Program-made: the position numbers and the translations under genes | The notes under the pieces: generated by a model | The model's database searches: none | Seen by the model: the letters and a program-made list of their open reading frames with translations, nothing else | Told to the model about the DNA's origin: nothing | NCBI RefSeq assembly: GCF_001194135.2 | Contig: NC_068985.1 | Coordinates: 118,083,125 to 118,147,124 of the forward strand | Source of the DNA: Octopus bimaculoides | Taxonomy: Eukaryota | DNA length: 64,000 nucleotides | Direction: 5' to 3' | Shown: positions 1 through 12,339 of the stretch, in pieces | Layout: the number at the start of each line of letters is the position of its first letter | How positions within the stretch are numbered: position 1 is the stretch's first letter

Positions 1-530
1 ATATTTAGACCTCTAAGTACGCCATGACAATGTTAGCAAAAGTGGAGGCTTCACGCGTTCCTATCGCAGTCCCAGATTTTTGTCAGTAGCTTTTATTGCT
101 GAAGTTAAAAAAGGCTATTTTGTACGATGAATTTTAGTCCTTCAATGATAAATCCTTTTTCAATTCGGTCAGGCATATTACTTGGGGATTTTTCCAACCA
201 GAATTAAATAACTTCTACTCCGTATTCGTGAGAAATCGAGCTGTAGAGGTTTATTACATCGAACGAGACCATAAGAGAATCCATGCTGGTTTTGCTCGAG
301 GTATAGTGTAAAAAGTCCTAGTCATCTCTTTTGACCTGGACTTGCCAACTTGCAGCCGGTGATTCATTCCCTAGCAGACACGCTAAAAGGTCTTTAGGAT
401 ATTTACGCAGCAGAAACACGTGTCGGAGGATTGGAATCTTATGTGAATCTAATGAGAATGATACTGTAATAAACAAGTTTTGAAGATGTATAATTCTCCA
501 TTCTTCTTTATGATGTCTTACACACACATA
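1..530 (-). mobile_element. Penelope-like retroelement reverse transcriptase, degenerate
   Basis: Manual minus-strand translation gives VKRDD*DFL..SLMVSFDVINLYSSISHEYGVEVI*FWLEK..IEKGFIIEGLKFIVQNSLF and then GTAIGTREASTFANIVMAYLE, the PLE RT motifs (SFDV.SLYT; GTAMG..AP.YAN). Stops and frameshifts are present. Confidence 0.8.
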
Positions 531-781
531 TACATACATATATATATATGCGAATGTATGTGGCTATGCGCATATGTTTAGACCCAAAAGGCTCTAAAAC
601 GGTGCATCTTCAACAAAAACGAATTTGATTTTCGTAATCTGCGTCCCAAAGACAATGTCATTCGTAAGTAATAATAAAAATATATGTTTTGCCACGAGGA
701 ATAACTCAACTTTGAGATAGACAAATCTCCCATTCTTTATGTTTCACTATCAATCTATCTCTATATATTTTTTACCATACA

Positions 782-960
782 GGCGTAGGAGTGGCTGTGT
801 GGTAAGTAGCTTGCTTACGAACCACATGGTTCCGGGTTCAGTCCCAGTGCTTGGCACCTTGGGCAAGTGACTTCTACTATAGCTTCGGGCCGATAAAAGC
901 CTTGTGAGTGAATTTGGTAGGCGGAAACGGAAAGAAGTTCGTCGTACATATATATATATA
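782..960 (+). mobile_element. tRNA-derived SINE family A, head
   Basis: A-box TGGCTGTGTGGT and B-box GGTTCAGTCC, followed by the family body and (TA)n; many copies in the window. Confidence 0.8.
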
Positions 961-1359
961 TATGTGTGTGTTTACCGTAAAGACGACTCCCATTGTTTTT
1001 AAATGCGTAATACAGGAAAAAAAAAAGACAAAATCAATCCGGAAAGTGGAGAGGGGTGATATATGAACTTTAAAAATTTCTTTTTTCATAAAATACTACC
1101 GTTAATAGTAATGTTGATAGTGGTAGTAGCAGTGGAAGTAGTAGAGCTCTTTGTGGATATCGTTACTGTTTACAGTAGTAGTAGTAGTAGTAGTAACAGA
1201 AGCAGCAGTAGTAGATACATTTGTGTATTTAACGGCAAACGTTTCTAAATGACTCTCTCTCTCTCTCTCTTGTGGCGTGGGGATCTATATATATATATAT
1301 ATATAGGTTCCAAAAAAACACAAAAAACAATAACAAAAAAACAACAAAGTGAGGACGTG

Positions 1360-1600
1360 ATACGGATAGTGTTATTGGACGCTCGGGAAACGAAGGAGAG
1401 AGAGAGTATGACGTTTCGGGCGGAGCCCTTCGTCGAAAAGACAGAAAGTTCGGAGAATGGAAAAACGGAGGAAGAAGAAAATGGCACCGATGCCCACGAG
1501 GTTACATGCATACACATGGGTGGGTGTGATAAAGTAGGTTATCTTTTGAGAAAAATTCTTCATAAATAAAAAGGAAAAAGATAGAAAGAGTCAGAAGATG
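1360..1600 (-). mobile_element. Penelope-like terminal repeat segment with hammerhead-like motif
   Basis: Minus strand reads TCGACGA-A-GGGCTCCGCCC-GAAACGTC at 1436-1410; lies upstream of the PLE RT remnant on the same strand. Confidence 0.5.
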
Positions 1601-2282
1601 GAAACATCCTGACCCCACCACCCTTTTTCTATTTAACCTTGTCTTTTGTTACTCCTTAAGAATCTGGGTAGCTCCTTGCATTTATCAGATTTCTGAGTTG
1701 AACTATGAAAGGTCTGCGTATTTCTATTGTACTCTTTAAAACGTTATCTCGGTTTTATCTGTTATGGAATGTCTTTGTTTATTATTAATAGATATAACTA
1801 AATACCATAACAAAATACTTCGCTGTATTTTTGAGTTCCATCCACCTCGATTTCAATTTTGCCTTTCATCCTTTCGAGGTTGGCAAAATAAGGTACCAGT
1901 CAAGTACTGTTAGGCCATTCTCACGAAAGTTAAACCAAATAAAAATGAGTTTTTAAAAATTGTTTAGAGTGCCCAGAAAAATCATTATATACCTATAATG
2001 ATATGTTGAACTGGTTAATTTTCGACCAGATAGCGATATTGGGGCAATTTCTTCCAGGTCTACGCAGCGTTATCTTTAACATGAAACATTTCTGTCACCT
2101 ACGTCACATTAATATTTTTGTCACGCACATCACACAAGGTAAAAGAGAATTGTGATCTCCGACATTGTTGCCAGAAAACTTACGAGTATTCGTTTTCTAA
2201 TTTCAAGGTCAATGTGAATTGACATGATGAGCCTCTTTATGCTGCTCTGAAGAAATTCTGGCAATATTTTCAAGTGAAAATA

Positions 2283-2500
2283 AGGCGGTGATCTACCAGA
2301 ATTGTTAGCATGCCGAACAACAAGCTTAACGGCGCTTCGTCCGTTTTAACGCTCTGGGTTTAAATTTCGCTGAGGTCGACTTTACCTTTAATCTTTACGG
2401 GGTTGATAAAATATGCACCAGTTAAGCACTGGGGTCAATGTAATCGATTTAACATCTCCCCCACCAAACTTGCTGGCTTTATGCCAAAATTTGAAACCAA
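2283..2500 (+). mobile_element. tRNA-derived SINE family B
   Basis: aaggcggtga...agaattgttagc head plus gaggtcgacttt core. Other copies at ~5065-5240(-), 23270-23405(-), 26155-26340(+), 27190-27350(+), 30300-30430(-), 45140-45290(-). Confidence 0.75.
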
Positions 2501-3019
2501 TATTTCCAAATGAAAAAAAAAAATGTTATTTTATGTGATGTCACGTAAGCCCTACTGTTTGAATCCTCTTCAAAAGATTCAGCATACATTCCAGGTTAGA
2601 AATGTTTTCGTTTAATACTTGCCTGTGTAGCCGGAATTTACTGTGAAAAATGAATGAATACAATTCTTGTAAAATGTTTAAGATTTACAGCTTAGATATT
2701 TTGCAATTTGTATCTCCGTCACTTAACCTATTACCTACCAGTGATCTCATATGGGATCACTTAAAAATTACAAATTTCGTAATTATCTGTCAATATTTAC
2801 ACATATCTAACCTTTTTGCTATGTCTACTAGGTATATTTTTCTGATATTCAAATGAGGTTTGCTAATTTTTAACACAATATCTCGCTTATTTCTATTTAA
2901 AATGTTATTTTGAAATGTTATTTTGATCATTCCAACGTGTTTCTAAGGCTGTTTTATGTTAGAAATCAAAGTTTCATTTAAAAAATTCCAGTTAATAGAA
3001 TTATGGGAGGTAATGGGTT

Positions 3020-3310
3020 AACGTAATCTGCGATTTTGTCATGGACAGGAAAGAGCAAACGCGAAACTTTGCGTTAAACTCGAGAAGTCTGCTACAGAGA
3101 CATTGAGCGTGTTTTGGCAAGCTTACGGCGACGAGGCAATGGGTCATATGCAATGTTTCGAGCGGAAGAACGTCCCTGGAAGATGATGAGCAATCTGAAA
3201 GATCTTCCACGAATGTCACCCCCGGAATTGTGATATTGTGCATCGAGAATTCTTCCCCCAGGATCAGACCATCAACATAACTAGTGTGGGAACCTTTTGA
3301 AACCACCTCG
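3020..3310 (+). mobile_element. Internally deleted mariner (irritans/Hsmar2-like) element
   Basis: Fragments MDRKEQ..AYGDEAMG..TSLEDDE and IVHREFFPQDQTIN; right TIR ttttgaaaccacctcg followed by TA. Confidence 0.7.
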
Positions 3311-3612
3311 TACAAATCTACAGAAAGAACAATTCATTTAGCTTATTGGCATGCTCGAACAGAATTGATTTGTGGTCTAACAACAACAGCACTATGATAA
3401 CCACAACCATAGCAACATCATAATCAACAACAACAAAAATTAGTACACGACCACCAAGAAATAAATGTAAGTGAAAGTCAGACCATTATTATTTCAACTA
3501 TTTTGGCGGAACAACTTCCGCTCTTTTGATAGTAGGTTATCAATGTCTTGGTCGTAAATAACGGTATCTCTCTCCCATCTCTCTCTTTTGTCTACCGTCT
3601 ACTTACAACTTT

Positions 3613-3657
<45 letters not shown>

Positions 3658-5264
3658 NNNNNNNNNNNNNNNNNNNNNNNNNNNNNNNNNNNNNNNNNNN
3701 NNNNNNNNNNNNNNNNNNNNNNNNNNNNNNNNNNNNNNNNNNNNNNNNNNNNNNNNNNNNNNNNNNNNNNNNNNNNNNNNNNNNNNNNNNNNNNNNNNNN
3801 NNNNNNNNNNNNNNNNNNNNNNNNNNNNNNNNNNNNNNNNNNNNNNNNNNNNNNNNNNNNNNNNNNNNNNNNNNNNNNNNNNNNNNNNNNNNNNNNNNNN
3901 NNNNNNNNNNNNNNNNNNNNNNNNNNNNNNNNNNNNNNNNNNNNNNNNNNNNNNNNNNNNNNNNNNNNNNNNNNNNNNNNNNNNNNNNNNNNNNNNNNNN
4001 NNNNNNNTTTTTTTTTTTTTTCATGTTTCTTTTCTCTTCTTTCCTTTTAATTGATCAAGCACCTGCATGGCTATGTGATTGACAAGCTCACCTTGCAACC
4101 TCGTGATTTCGGGTTCAGTCCCACTACGCAGCACCTTGAGCAAATGTCATCTACTACAGCCCCAAGCCAAACAAAGCATTTTGAGTGAATTTGGTAGCCG
4201 GAAACTATGAGGAAGCTCGTCGTATACCTACCTACCTACATACATACATACATAGGCTAAAGACCCCCTTCGGTCATAAATGACTATGGTGATTGCACCT
4301 AGAAAGTTCCCCTCCGAGGCACACATCCAGGCAAGGTTGTTTATGGAAGACCAGCAGTCACCCATGCATACCAGTCTCCCCTCTCCGTGCCACCGGTGTT
4401 GCCCAGAGGAAAGGTAAACGTCGATACAGCTTGGCACCAATGACGTCGCAACTCATTTCTACAGCTGAATGAACTGGTGCAATGTCAAATAAAGCGCCTT
4501 GCTCAAGAACACAACATATAGCCCGGCCTGGGAATCGAACTCCTTACCTCATGATTGTGAACCCGACGCTCTAACCACTGAGCGATGTGCCTTCAACACA
4601 TGCATACATGTGTTTGTGCGTGTGCGTGTGCGTGTGTGTGTGTGTAATGCGTTTGTCTTCGTTCCCGTAACTTTCCGGTTTGGCAAATAAGAGTGATAAA
4701 ATAAGATTCAGATTTTAAAAAAAAAAAAGAAAACACTGGGGTCAATTTGATCGACAAAACCTTTCAAGATGGTGTCCAAGCATGGCCGCAGTCCAATGAG
4801 TGAAACAAGTAATCGATGGAAGATATTCGTTTCGGCCCTTCTGAGTTCAAATCCTATCGAGGGCAACGTCCCTTTTTATCCTTCAGGCGTTGATAAATGA
4901 TGTACTACTCGTGCAATGGGATTTATTCCTCTGCTCGTCTCTCTATGGAAAACATCATGGATGGTCTTTTAGCTGTGGTGGTCATAAAGTCTCTCTTGGT
5001 TTACTACAGAATGTTGCATACCACTATATAACGTGCTGCGTGTTAATTCGTGGACAAAAATCCTTTCTGCTATAGGCACAAGGCCTGAAACTTTGGGGGA
5101 AGGAGCTTGTCGATTACATCGACCCCAGTACTCAACTGGTACCTAATTTATCGACCTAGAAATGATGAAAGGCAAAGTCGACCTCGGTGGAATTTGAACT
5201 CATATTGTAGTAACAAGTGAAAAACCGTTAAGCATTTTGTATACCACTATATATAGTGACAACC

Positions 5265-5606
5265 AAACTTAACGGGCCAAATTGAATTGACCAACTCCCA
5301 TGGGTGATGCTGGGAATCCGCACTGCCCCAAAAGAAAATCTCATCACTTCCTCCGCGGAAATAGTGTACGGTGCTCCCCTTACAGTGCCAGGAGAGTTCC
5401 TTCCGAATACGAAGTCAGGCCCGGATGTGAAAAGGTACCTCGCTCAACTGAGAGACAGCGTGGGCCATNNNNNNNNNNNNNNNNNNNNNNNNNNNNNNNN
5501 NNNNNNNNNNNNNNNNNNNNNNNNNNNNNNNNNNNNNNNNNNNNNNNNNNNNNNNNNNNNNNNNNNNNTGGGCAGGACAATTAAAACGCCTTCCCGTTTC
5601 CAATGA
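5265..5606 (+). mobile_element. Gypsy/Ty3 retrotransposon integrase C-terminal remnant
   Basis: DQLPWVMLGIRTAPKENLITSSAEIVYGAPLTVPGEF is the Gypsy integrase core end; GRTIKTPSRFQ* is a typical pol terminus. Confidence 0.85.
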
Positions 5607-5632
5607 CAGTCAACAGTTTGGGTGAGGAGTTA

Positions 5633-6112
5633 TGCAGGGCAAGATTCTTGACAGACGAACTGTGTACAGAAACTTCGCTGCAGGTTAGCTAGGAAGTTGG
5701 TCAGCAGGAAAACAAATGGGACTTCCGGTAGGAGAAGGAAAACAAAAGAATGTCAACAGTGTGTGTGAAACGAATTTGAGTGAACTAAACAGAAGTAACT
5801 GACGACTTAAGCCCTGATGTACATAAAGTAATAAACCTTTGATAAATGTATTCTCGTCTCCACTTGTTTGTGTATGGCTTAACAAAGCTATACTCCCAGT
5901 AACAGTTCAAGTTAGTTATTTAGAGAGTATTATGCACAACGTGATAAGATCCGAGATCTATATCCCGCTCAATACTCGACCAATCAAAATACAAGACACA
6001 GCCAAACGTTCCAAACTCACATGATAGGTCAAACGACCAATCATTATAGATGTGTAGCCTGTTTAAGGTTAGTCGATTACAAAATGTCACAGCAGAAATG
6101 GATCTCGCTACA
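5633..6112 (+). mobile_element. 3' LTR of the Gypsy element
   Basis: Follows purine-rich gggtgaggag (PPT-like); termini TGCAG...GCTACA; internal AATAAA near 5830. Confidence 0.65.
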
Positions 6113-6784
6113 ATCTAATTCCTTGCAGTGATGGGGCTGCATCACGCTTCATTCAGGCAACCTGCGGTCCGCGGGACTTTCTGAATAGCACACGTAAAGA
6201 AAAATTACTTGATTTTGTGTGTTGCAGCCCACTTGATGATGAGTCCTGTCTCATGCAGGCCCCCTTCTGTGTCACAACAGCGTCCCTTAAGACTCTCTTC
6301 GGAATTAAGGCCCCCACTCCATTAACTTTAGTACTTGCTTCAGTTGAGGATTTATTTTATTAGTCTCTATCGAATGGCTTGTTTATTCTTTTACTGCATG
6401 AACGCCTTTCTTATCAGCTATAATGGCTTACAATTTTGGCACAAGAGTAGCAATATTTTTAGGTGAGGAGATAAGACAGTACTATCAATTCTGGTATTTT
6501 ACTTTTTATAAACCCAGAGAGATAAAAAGCTAAGTTGACTTCGGTGAGACAATTAAGTAAAGGATTTATCGGGAATTAAGTCCCTTGCCCCCCCCCCTCC
6601 AAAAAACCTGAGTTAGCTTTGATGCTGCCTTCACTACGAAATGCTGCATTGTTACACACACATATGTATACCCCCATAAACCGGCCTCCCTATTATAATA
6701 TATATATATATGTATGCATGTATGCATGCATGTATGTATGTATATATGCATGTATGTATGAATGAATGTATGTATGTATGTGTG

Positions 6785-7175
6785 TATGTATGGCTGTGTA
6801 GTAATAAACTTGCTCCTCAAACACTTGGTTCTGGGTTCAGTTCCACAGCATGGCACAATGGGCAAGTCTCTTATGCTAAACCACCAGACCGACTAAAGCT
6901 TTCTGAGTTGATTTAGCTGACGGAAACTGAGATAATCCCGTCGTATGTATGTATGCGTACATGCATGCGTGTATGTGTGTGTTTGTCCCCACCACTGCTT
7001 GACAACCGATGCTGGTTTGTTTATGTCACCGTAACTTAGCGATTCGGCAAAAATCGAGCGATAGCGTAAATACCATGCTTATAATGAGTTCAAGGGGTAG
7101 ATTTGTTCGACTAAACCTTCAAGGTGGTGCTCCAGTATGGTCGCAGTCCAATGACTGAAACAAGCAAACGATAAA
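6785..7175 (+). mobile_element. SINE family A, near full length
   Basis: Head, internal microsatellite and tail ending gactgaaacaagc. Confidence 0.75.
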
Positions 7176-7211
7176 GATGTGTGTGTGTGTGTGTGTGTGT
7201 GTGTGAGTGAG

Positions 7212-7530
7212 TAATTGAAAAAAATTGGAGTCAACAAGGAGTTTGCCAACAGTCCTTCAGCAACAACAAACCTTGATAAATTCAGTGGCTTCTACTAACT
7301 TCAGGTCATGACAGACCGAGAGGATGCCTATGAAGCTGAGAATTTGAACTTATGGAGACAATATTTACATATCGCCTGAGGAAACACAACTAGATCTCAT
7401 AATGCAGGAAAACTGTTGCATAATCAAGTACCTGGACGCCTGAAGAACTACGTTGCATAGAAACAATTGTAGTGATTGAAAATAAATGTTCATCCGCACT
7501 CCTTCTTGTTGACTTCAACTTTTTCTAATT
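7212..7530 (+). mobile_element. Penelope-derived non-autonomous element with inverted ends
   Basis: Imperfect ~30-bp inverted ends (aattgaaaaaaattggagtcaacaaggag / ctccttcttgttgacttcaactttttctaatt); PEETQLDLIMQENCCIIKY resembles a GIY-YIG C-terminus; hammerhead-like core at 7440-7471. Confidence 0.4.
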
Positions 7531-7664
7531 AACTATTCACCCACGGCAGAAGCCCAAACGCAAACCTGGACGTACGTATAATACTACTACTACTGTTGAA
7601 TAGCACAGGGTGAAATCTGAGGGTGGACGAGCTTTATACTGTTCTCTACTACGTTCTTAACAGA

Positions 7665-7705
<41 letters not shown>

Positions 7706-7934
7706 NNNNNNNNNNNNNNNNNNNNNNNNNNNNNNNNNNNNNNNNNNNNNNNNNNNNNNNNNNNNNNNNNNNNNNNNNNNNNNNNNNNNNNNNNNNNNNN
7801 NNNNNNNNNNNNNNNNNNNNNNNNNNNNNNNNNNNNNNNNNNNNNNNNNNNNNNNNNNNNNNNNNNNNNNNNNNNNNNNNNNNNNNNNNNNNNNNNNNNN
7901 NNNNNNNNNNNNNNNNNNNNNNNNNNNNNNNNNC

Positions 7935-8570
7935 CATCAAATGCTGTTATACACAATTGGTCACAATGCGCTTCCGATTCTCTCTTGATCGCGTCAGTTT
8001 TCCATCTTGATCCAAATTGCTTAACTAAGTCGTCTTCCCATTGTCGTAGAGGCCTTCCAAGTAGCCTTTTTCGATCTGTTAGAAACCACTCGGCAACTGC
8101 ACGGATCCACCTGTTCTCTGTGAACCTTATGACATGTTCGGCCCAGTGTAATTTGTGCTTTCGGTATTCTGCGATAGCATTGTTCACTCCCCTTCATTTT
8201 TGAATTATTTCATTTTGAGTGGGCTGTCTTAGAGATATTCCCAGAATGGATCTGTCCATGGCCCTTTGCATAATAGCCAATCGATGTTCTATCATCTTCA
8301 TAGGAGCTCACATCTCACTTGCGCATAAGAACTCAGGTAGGACGATGCTCTTTACTCTCTTTTACTTGTTTCAGTCATTTGACTGTGGCCATGCTGGAGC
8401 ACCGCCTTTAGTCGAGCAAATCGACCCCAGGACTTATTCTTTGTAAGCCCAGTCCTTATTCTATCGGTCTCTTTTGCCGAACCGCTAAGTTACGGGGACG
8501 TAAACACACCAGCATCGGTTGTCAAGCGATGTTGGGGGACAAACACAGGCACACAAACATACACACACAC

Positions 8571-8669
<99 letters not shown>

Positions 8670-9050
8670 ATACATATATATACGACGGGCTTCTTTCAGT
8701 TTCCGTCTACCAAATCCACTCACAAGGCTTTGGTCGGCCCGAGGCTATAGTAGAAGACACTTGCCCAAGGTACCCCGCAGTGGGACTGAACCTGGAACCA
8801 TGTGGTTGGTAAACAAGCTACTTACCACACAGCCACTCCTGCGCCTATGCTATTGAAGTATCTGGCACATATAGTGGTATTATCTAGCACATACTTTTTG
8901 AGTTAAATGCCTTCCATCTTGCCCTGATTGTCTTCGAGATTTCAGCATCCATATCTCAGCGCATATCCACTGTGTCCTAACTAGACATACTCCTTTACCG
9001 CCTCGATTTCATCGCAGAATATCTAAACAAGTGTGCCTGCTTCCGAATTT
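7935..9050 (-). mobile_element. RTE-clade LINE 3' ORF remnant, split by a SINE insertion
   Basis: IEAVKEYV*LGH ... FNSIVLPEFLCASEM ... QRAMDRSILGISLR ... KHKLHWAEHVIRFTENRWIRAVAEW..RKRLLGRPLRQWEDD. Confidence 0.85.
8350..8846 (-). mobile_element. SINE family A, full length, with 5-bp target-site duplication
   Basis: Complete head, (TA)n/(CA)n and tail; ATGCT duplicated at 8345-8349 and 8847-8851; removing it restores the RTE frame FNSIVLP. Confidence 0.9.
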
Positions 9051-9930
9051 GTTTCCTCATAACTTCCAAACAAATGAATATTATTTAATGATATTTTCTA
9101 CGCTTCAGACGGTGTAGATTCTGATTGCATCGGAATTTTTTGTGAAAAGATTTTTCTAAAGGTGGGGAGAGGATTTTCGGTAAATTCACACGAGGCGGCT
9201 TTGTTTCCTCGTAACTTTCAGAAAAATAAGTATTTATTTTTTCTTTTTATGAAATTTTCTACAAATACCTAACAAATGGTGTAGATTACCATTATATCGG
9301 AATTTAATGAGGAAATTTAAATTGTTGGGCACGCACACATACATACGGACATAGATAAATTCTTTTCGAAATTGCAAGTTTCATTTTGTTGATGTATGTC
9401 ATGTGTGTCAGTATGTATGGGTGCGAGCCCACCAGATTTATTTATTTATTTATTTTCAATATCATTTATCCTTTATCTTTTACCTGCTTCAGTCATTAGG
9501 CTGCGGGCCATGCTGGGGCACCGCCTTGAATTTTTGTCGAATGAATCGACCCCAGTATTTATTTTTAAAGCCTGGTACTTATTCTGTCGGTCGCTTTTGC
9601 TGATCCGCTAATGTTACAGGGACGTAAACACACCAACACCGGTTGTAAAGTAGTGATAGGAGAAGACACACACACACACATATATATGACTGGCTTCTTT
9701 CAGTTTCCGTCTACCAAATCCACTCACAAAGCTTTGATCGACCCAAGGCTATAGTAGAAGACACTTGCCCAAGGTGCCACGCAGTGGGACTGAACCCGGA
9801 ACTACGTGGTTGGGAAGCAAGCTTCTCACTACACAAGTACGCCTGCGCCTAAATATATAAAAATTTCGATGTAATTGTAACCTACACCATCTGAAAAGAG
9901 TATTTGTAGAAAATTTCGGCTATCTTTTGA
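9050..9930. mobile_element. Fold-back MITE-like element (copy 1), interrupted by a SINE A at ~9480-9850
   Basis: ~110-bp module gtttcctc(a/g)taact...ttctacaaatacc...ggtgtagatt present forward (9050, 9205) and reversed (~9865-9930). Confidence 0.55.
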
Positions 9931-11902
9931 TAAAAGCAGACGGATAATGAAAATATTCGTTTGGCAATTTCCGTNNNNNNNNNNNNNNNNNNNNNNNNNN
10001 NNNNNNNNNNNNNNNNNNNNNNNNNNNNNNNNNNNNNNNNNNNNNNNNNNNNNNNNNNNNNNNNNNNNNNNNNNNNNNNNNNNNNNNNNNNNNNNNNNNN
10101 NNNNNNNNNNNNNNNNNNNNNNNNNNNNNNNNNNNNNNNNNNNNNNNNNNNNNNNNNNNNNNNNNNNNNNNNNNNNNNNNNNNNNNNNNNNNNNNNNNNN
10201 NNNNNNNNNNNNNNNNNNNNNNNNNNNNNNNNNNNNNNNNNNNNNNNNNNNNNNNNNNNNNNNNNNNNNNNNNNNNNNNNNNNNNNNNNNNNNNNNNNNN
10301 NNNNNNNNNNNNNNNNNNNNNNNNNNNNNNNNNNNNNNNNNNNNNNNNNNNNNNNNNNNNNNNNNNNNNNNNNNNNNNNNNNNNNNNNNNNNNNNNNNNN
10401 NNNNNNNNNNNNNNNNNNNNNNNTTTAATATGTTAAATGAAATAAGGAAATATATAATTTATTATAGTTTTTCTGTGACATTTTCCCCAGATATTTTTTT
10501 TTACGAGATACATATGTACTTCAGGGGAGATAACTCCCACACTACTTTGCGCGGCAAATCTGAAAACAAGTGTTGTTTTGTATACGCCTATTTATTTTAC
10601 GTTTTATACAGTGTATGCTTGTGTAAATATATATATATACACCCATACAGTAGTATATTTGTTTATATTTTAAACATTGTATAGAACTGTTTTTAAATTA
10701 TACATTGTATATATGTACAACTGTGTCTTAGTGTACGTCATGTTTGTATACTAACGGCTTCTACATTACATTACATGTATATGTGTGTATTCATGTATAT
10801 AACATTGTCGGTTTTACCATTAATTTGGACCCTCTAACTGTGTTTTATGTACTATTACCGTATTACTTAATATCATATCCCACTGAATAGGAATACTTGT
10901 GGTCCGGAACACACACCTATCCTGCTTTCATTTGTCGCGTCTCGTCACTTCTTTTAAAGGTTAGTATGATTTAACTAAAATATTTTAACGAAGGTCGACT
11001 TTACCTTGCATCCTTTCGAGATCGGTGAAAGAAGTAGCAGTCGAATTCAAGGGTTGATGTAATCAGCTTCCCCACCCTCGTAGGTGCTGGTCTTGTGTCG
11101 AAATTAGAATATTATATAATGAATATTCAATATTATATCTTGGATATCACGAAATTGGAAATCCTAAACACAAAGTATTCAAACTTGAACATATGTTGGT
11201 TAATTCCTTGGGGTATGCAAAACTATGCTTTTATTATTATAAGCCTGTGAGTTCGAAGTTAGGGTTCGGATTAGAGTTACGATGACGTAAATGAAAATTT
11301 AGTAACTTTCGGAATAGCTGTCAAGAATAAATTTTTTTTTTTTTTTTGTTATAATATCCCTTATTCCGAAACACAGGTAAATCGCATTTAAAGAAGACAT
11401 TTTTTCAAAAATCCATGTTTATCAAACTTCTTAATCACATTGTTCGTCGTGCTTTCGGAATAGCTGTCACAATTAAAATGGTTTTGTTGTCGGTATTTTT
11501 CGTCATTGGCATTTTTTCGATATTAGTCTCATGCGTCTCAAATGAAAACCAGTTGTTTTATCGATGTGTTCGGCAATTTACAGAACCTTTTTTTTTTTTT
11601 CCTCGTGCTGGTGATTGTCAAATTTNNNNNNNNNNNNNNNNNNNNNNNNNNNNNNNNNNNNNNNNNNNNNNNNNNNNNNNNNNNNNNNNNNNNNNNNNNN
11701 NNNNNNNNNNNNNNNNNNNNNNNNNNNNNNNNNNNNNNNNNNNNNNNNNNNNNNNNNNNNNNNNNNNNNNNNNNNNNNNNNNNNNNNNNNNNNNNNNNNN
11801 NNNNNNNNNNNNNNNNNNNNNNNNNNNNNNNNNNNNNNNNNNNNNNNNNNNNNNNNNNNNNNNNNNNNNNNNNNNNNNNNNNNNNNNNNNNNNNNNNNNN
11901 NN

Positions 11903-12094
11903 TTTACAGTACCATTCTTTTCCATCTATTCTGTCACCACGTGTAATAAGTCCGCATGGTACTAGACAGTCGTCGCAGGTAAACTTATTTCTAATAAGTC
12001 GACGACGCGCACACCATTCCAACATTCTGTATCTTGAGCTACTGCTTAAATCACAGATTTTCCAATGTTGTGCAGCCGGTCTTCCACGAGGCAT
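11903..12094 (-). mobile_element. Merlin/IS1595(ISXO2)-like DNA transposase N-terminus
   Basis: MLEWCARRRLIRNKFTCDDCLVPCGLITRGDRIDGKEWYCK fits the Merlin pattern W....LI....C..C...L..R....DG..WxC; the frame is open into the gap. Confidence 0.6.
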
Positions 12095-12339
12095 TTTCGA
12101 TTTCTCACTAGAAACTGATATTCAATCACGTGTGTGATTTATATATAAACAGTTAACGTCAATCAAATCACGTGATTTATTTATAAACAAAGTAGTACGG
12201 ATAATACTGGTAAGACGTTCAGTTATCTCCCTTGTATTTTATTTACTTTTTTTAACCTCTCGAAACTGGAAGATTACCTAAAACATGATATTAATATCGC
12301 ACCTTCTAAAACAGATATATCTGTTGTACCAACTCCCAA

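Noticed and set aside
782-860. tRNA genes
   Set aside because: All A/B-box tRNA-like stretches continue into SINE bodies and lack a full cloverleaf.
3548-4082. Long ORF-track entries spanning N runs (also 9947-10684, 31214-31789, 38655-39074, 41598-42159)
   Set aside because: Artefacts of translating gaps and microsatellites; no real coding evidence.
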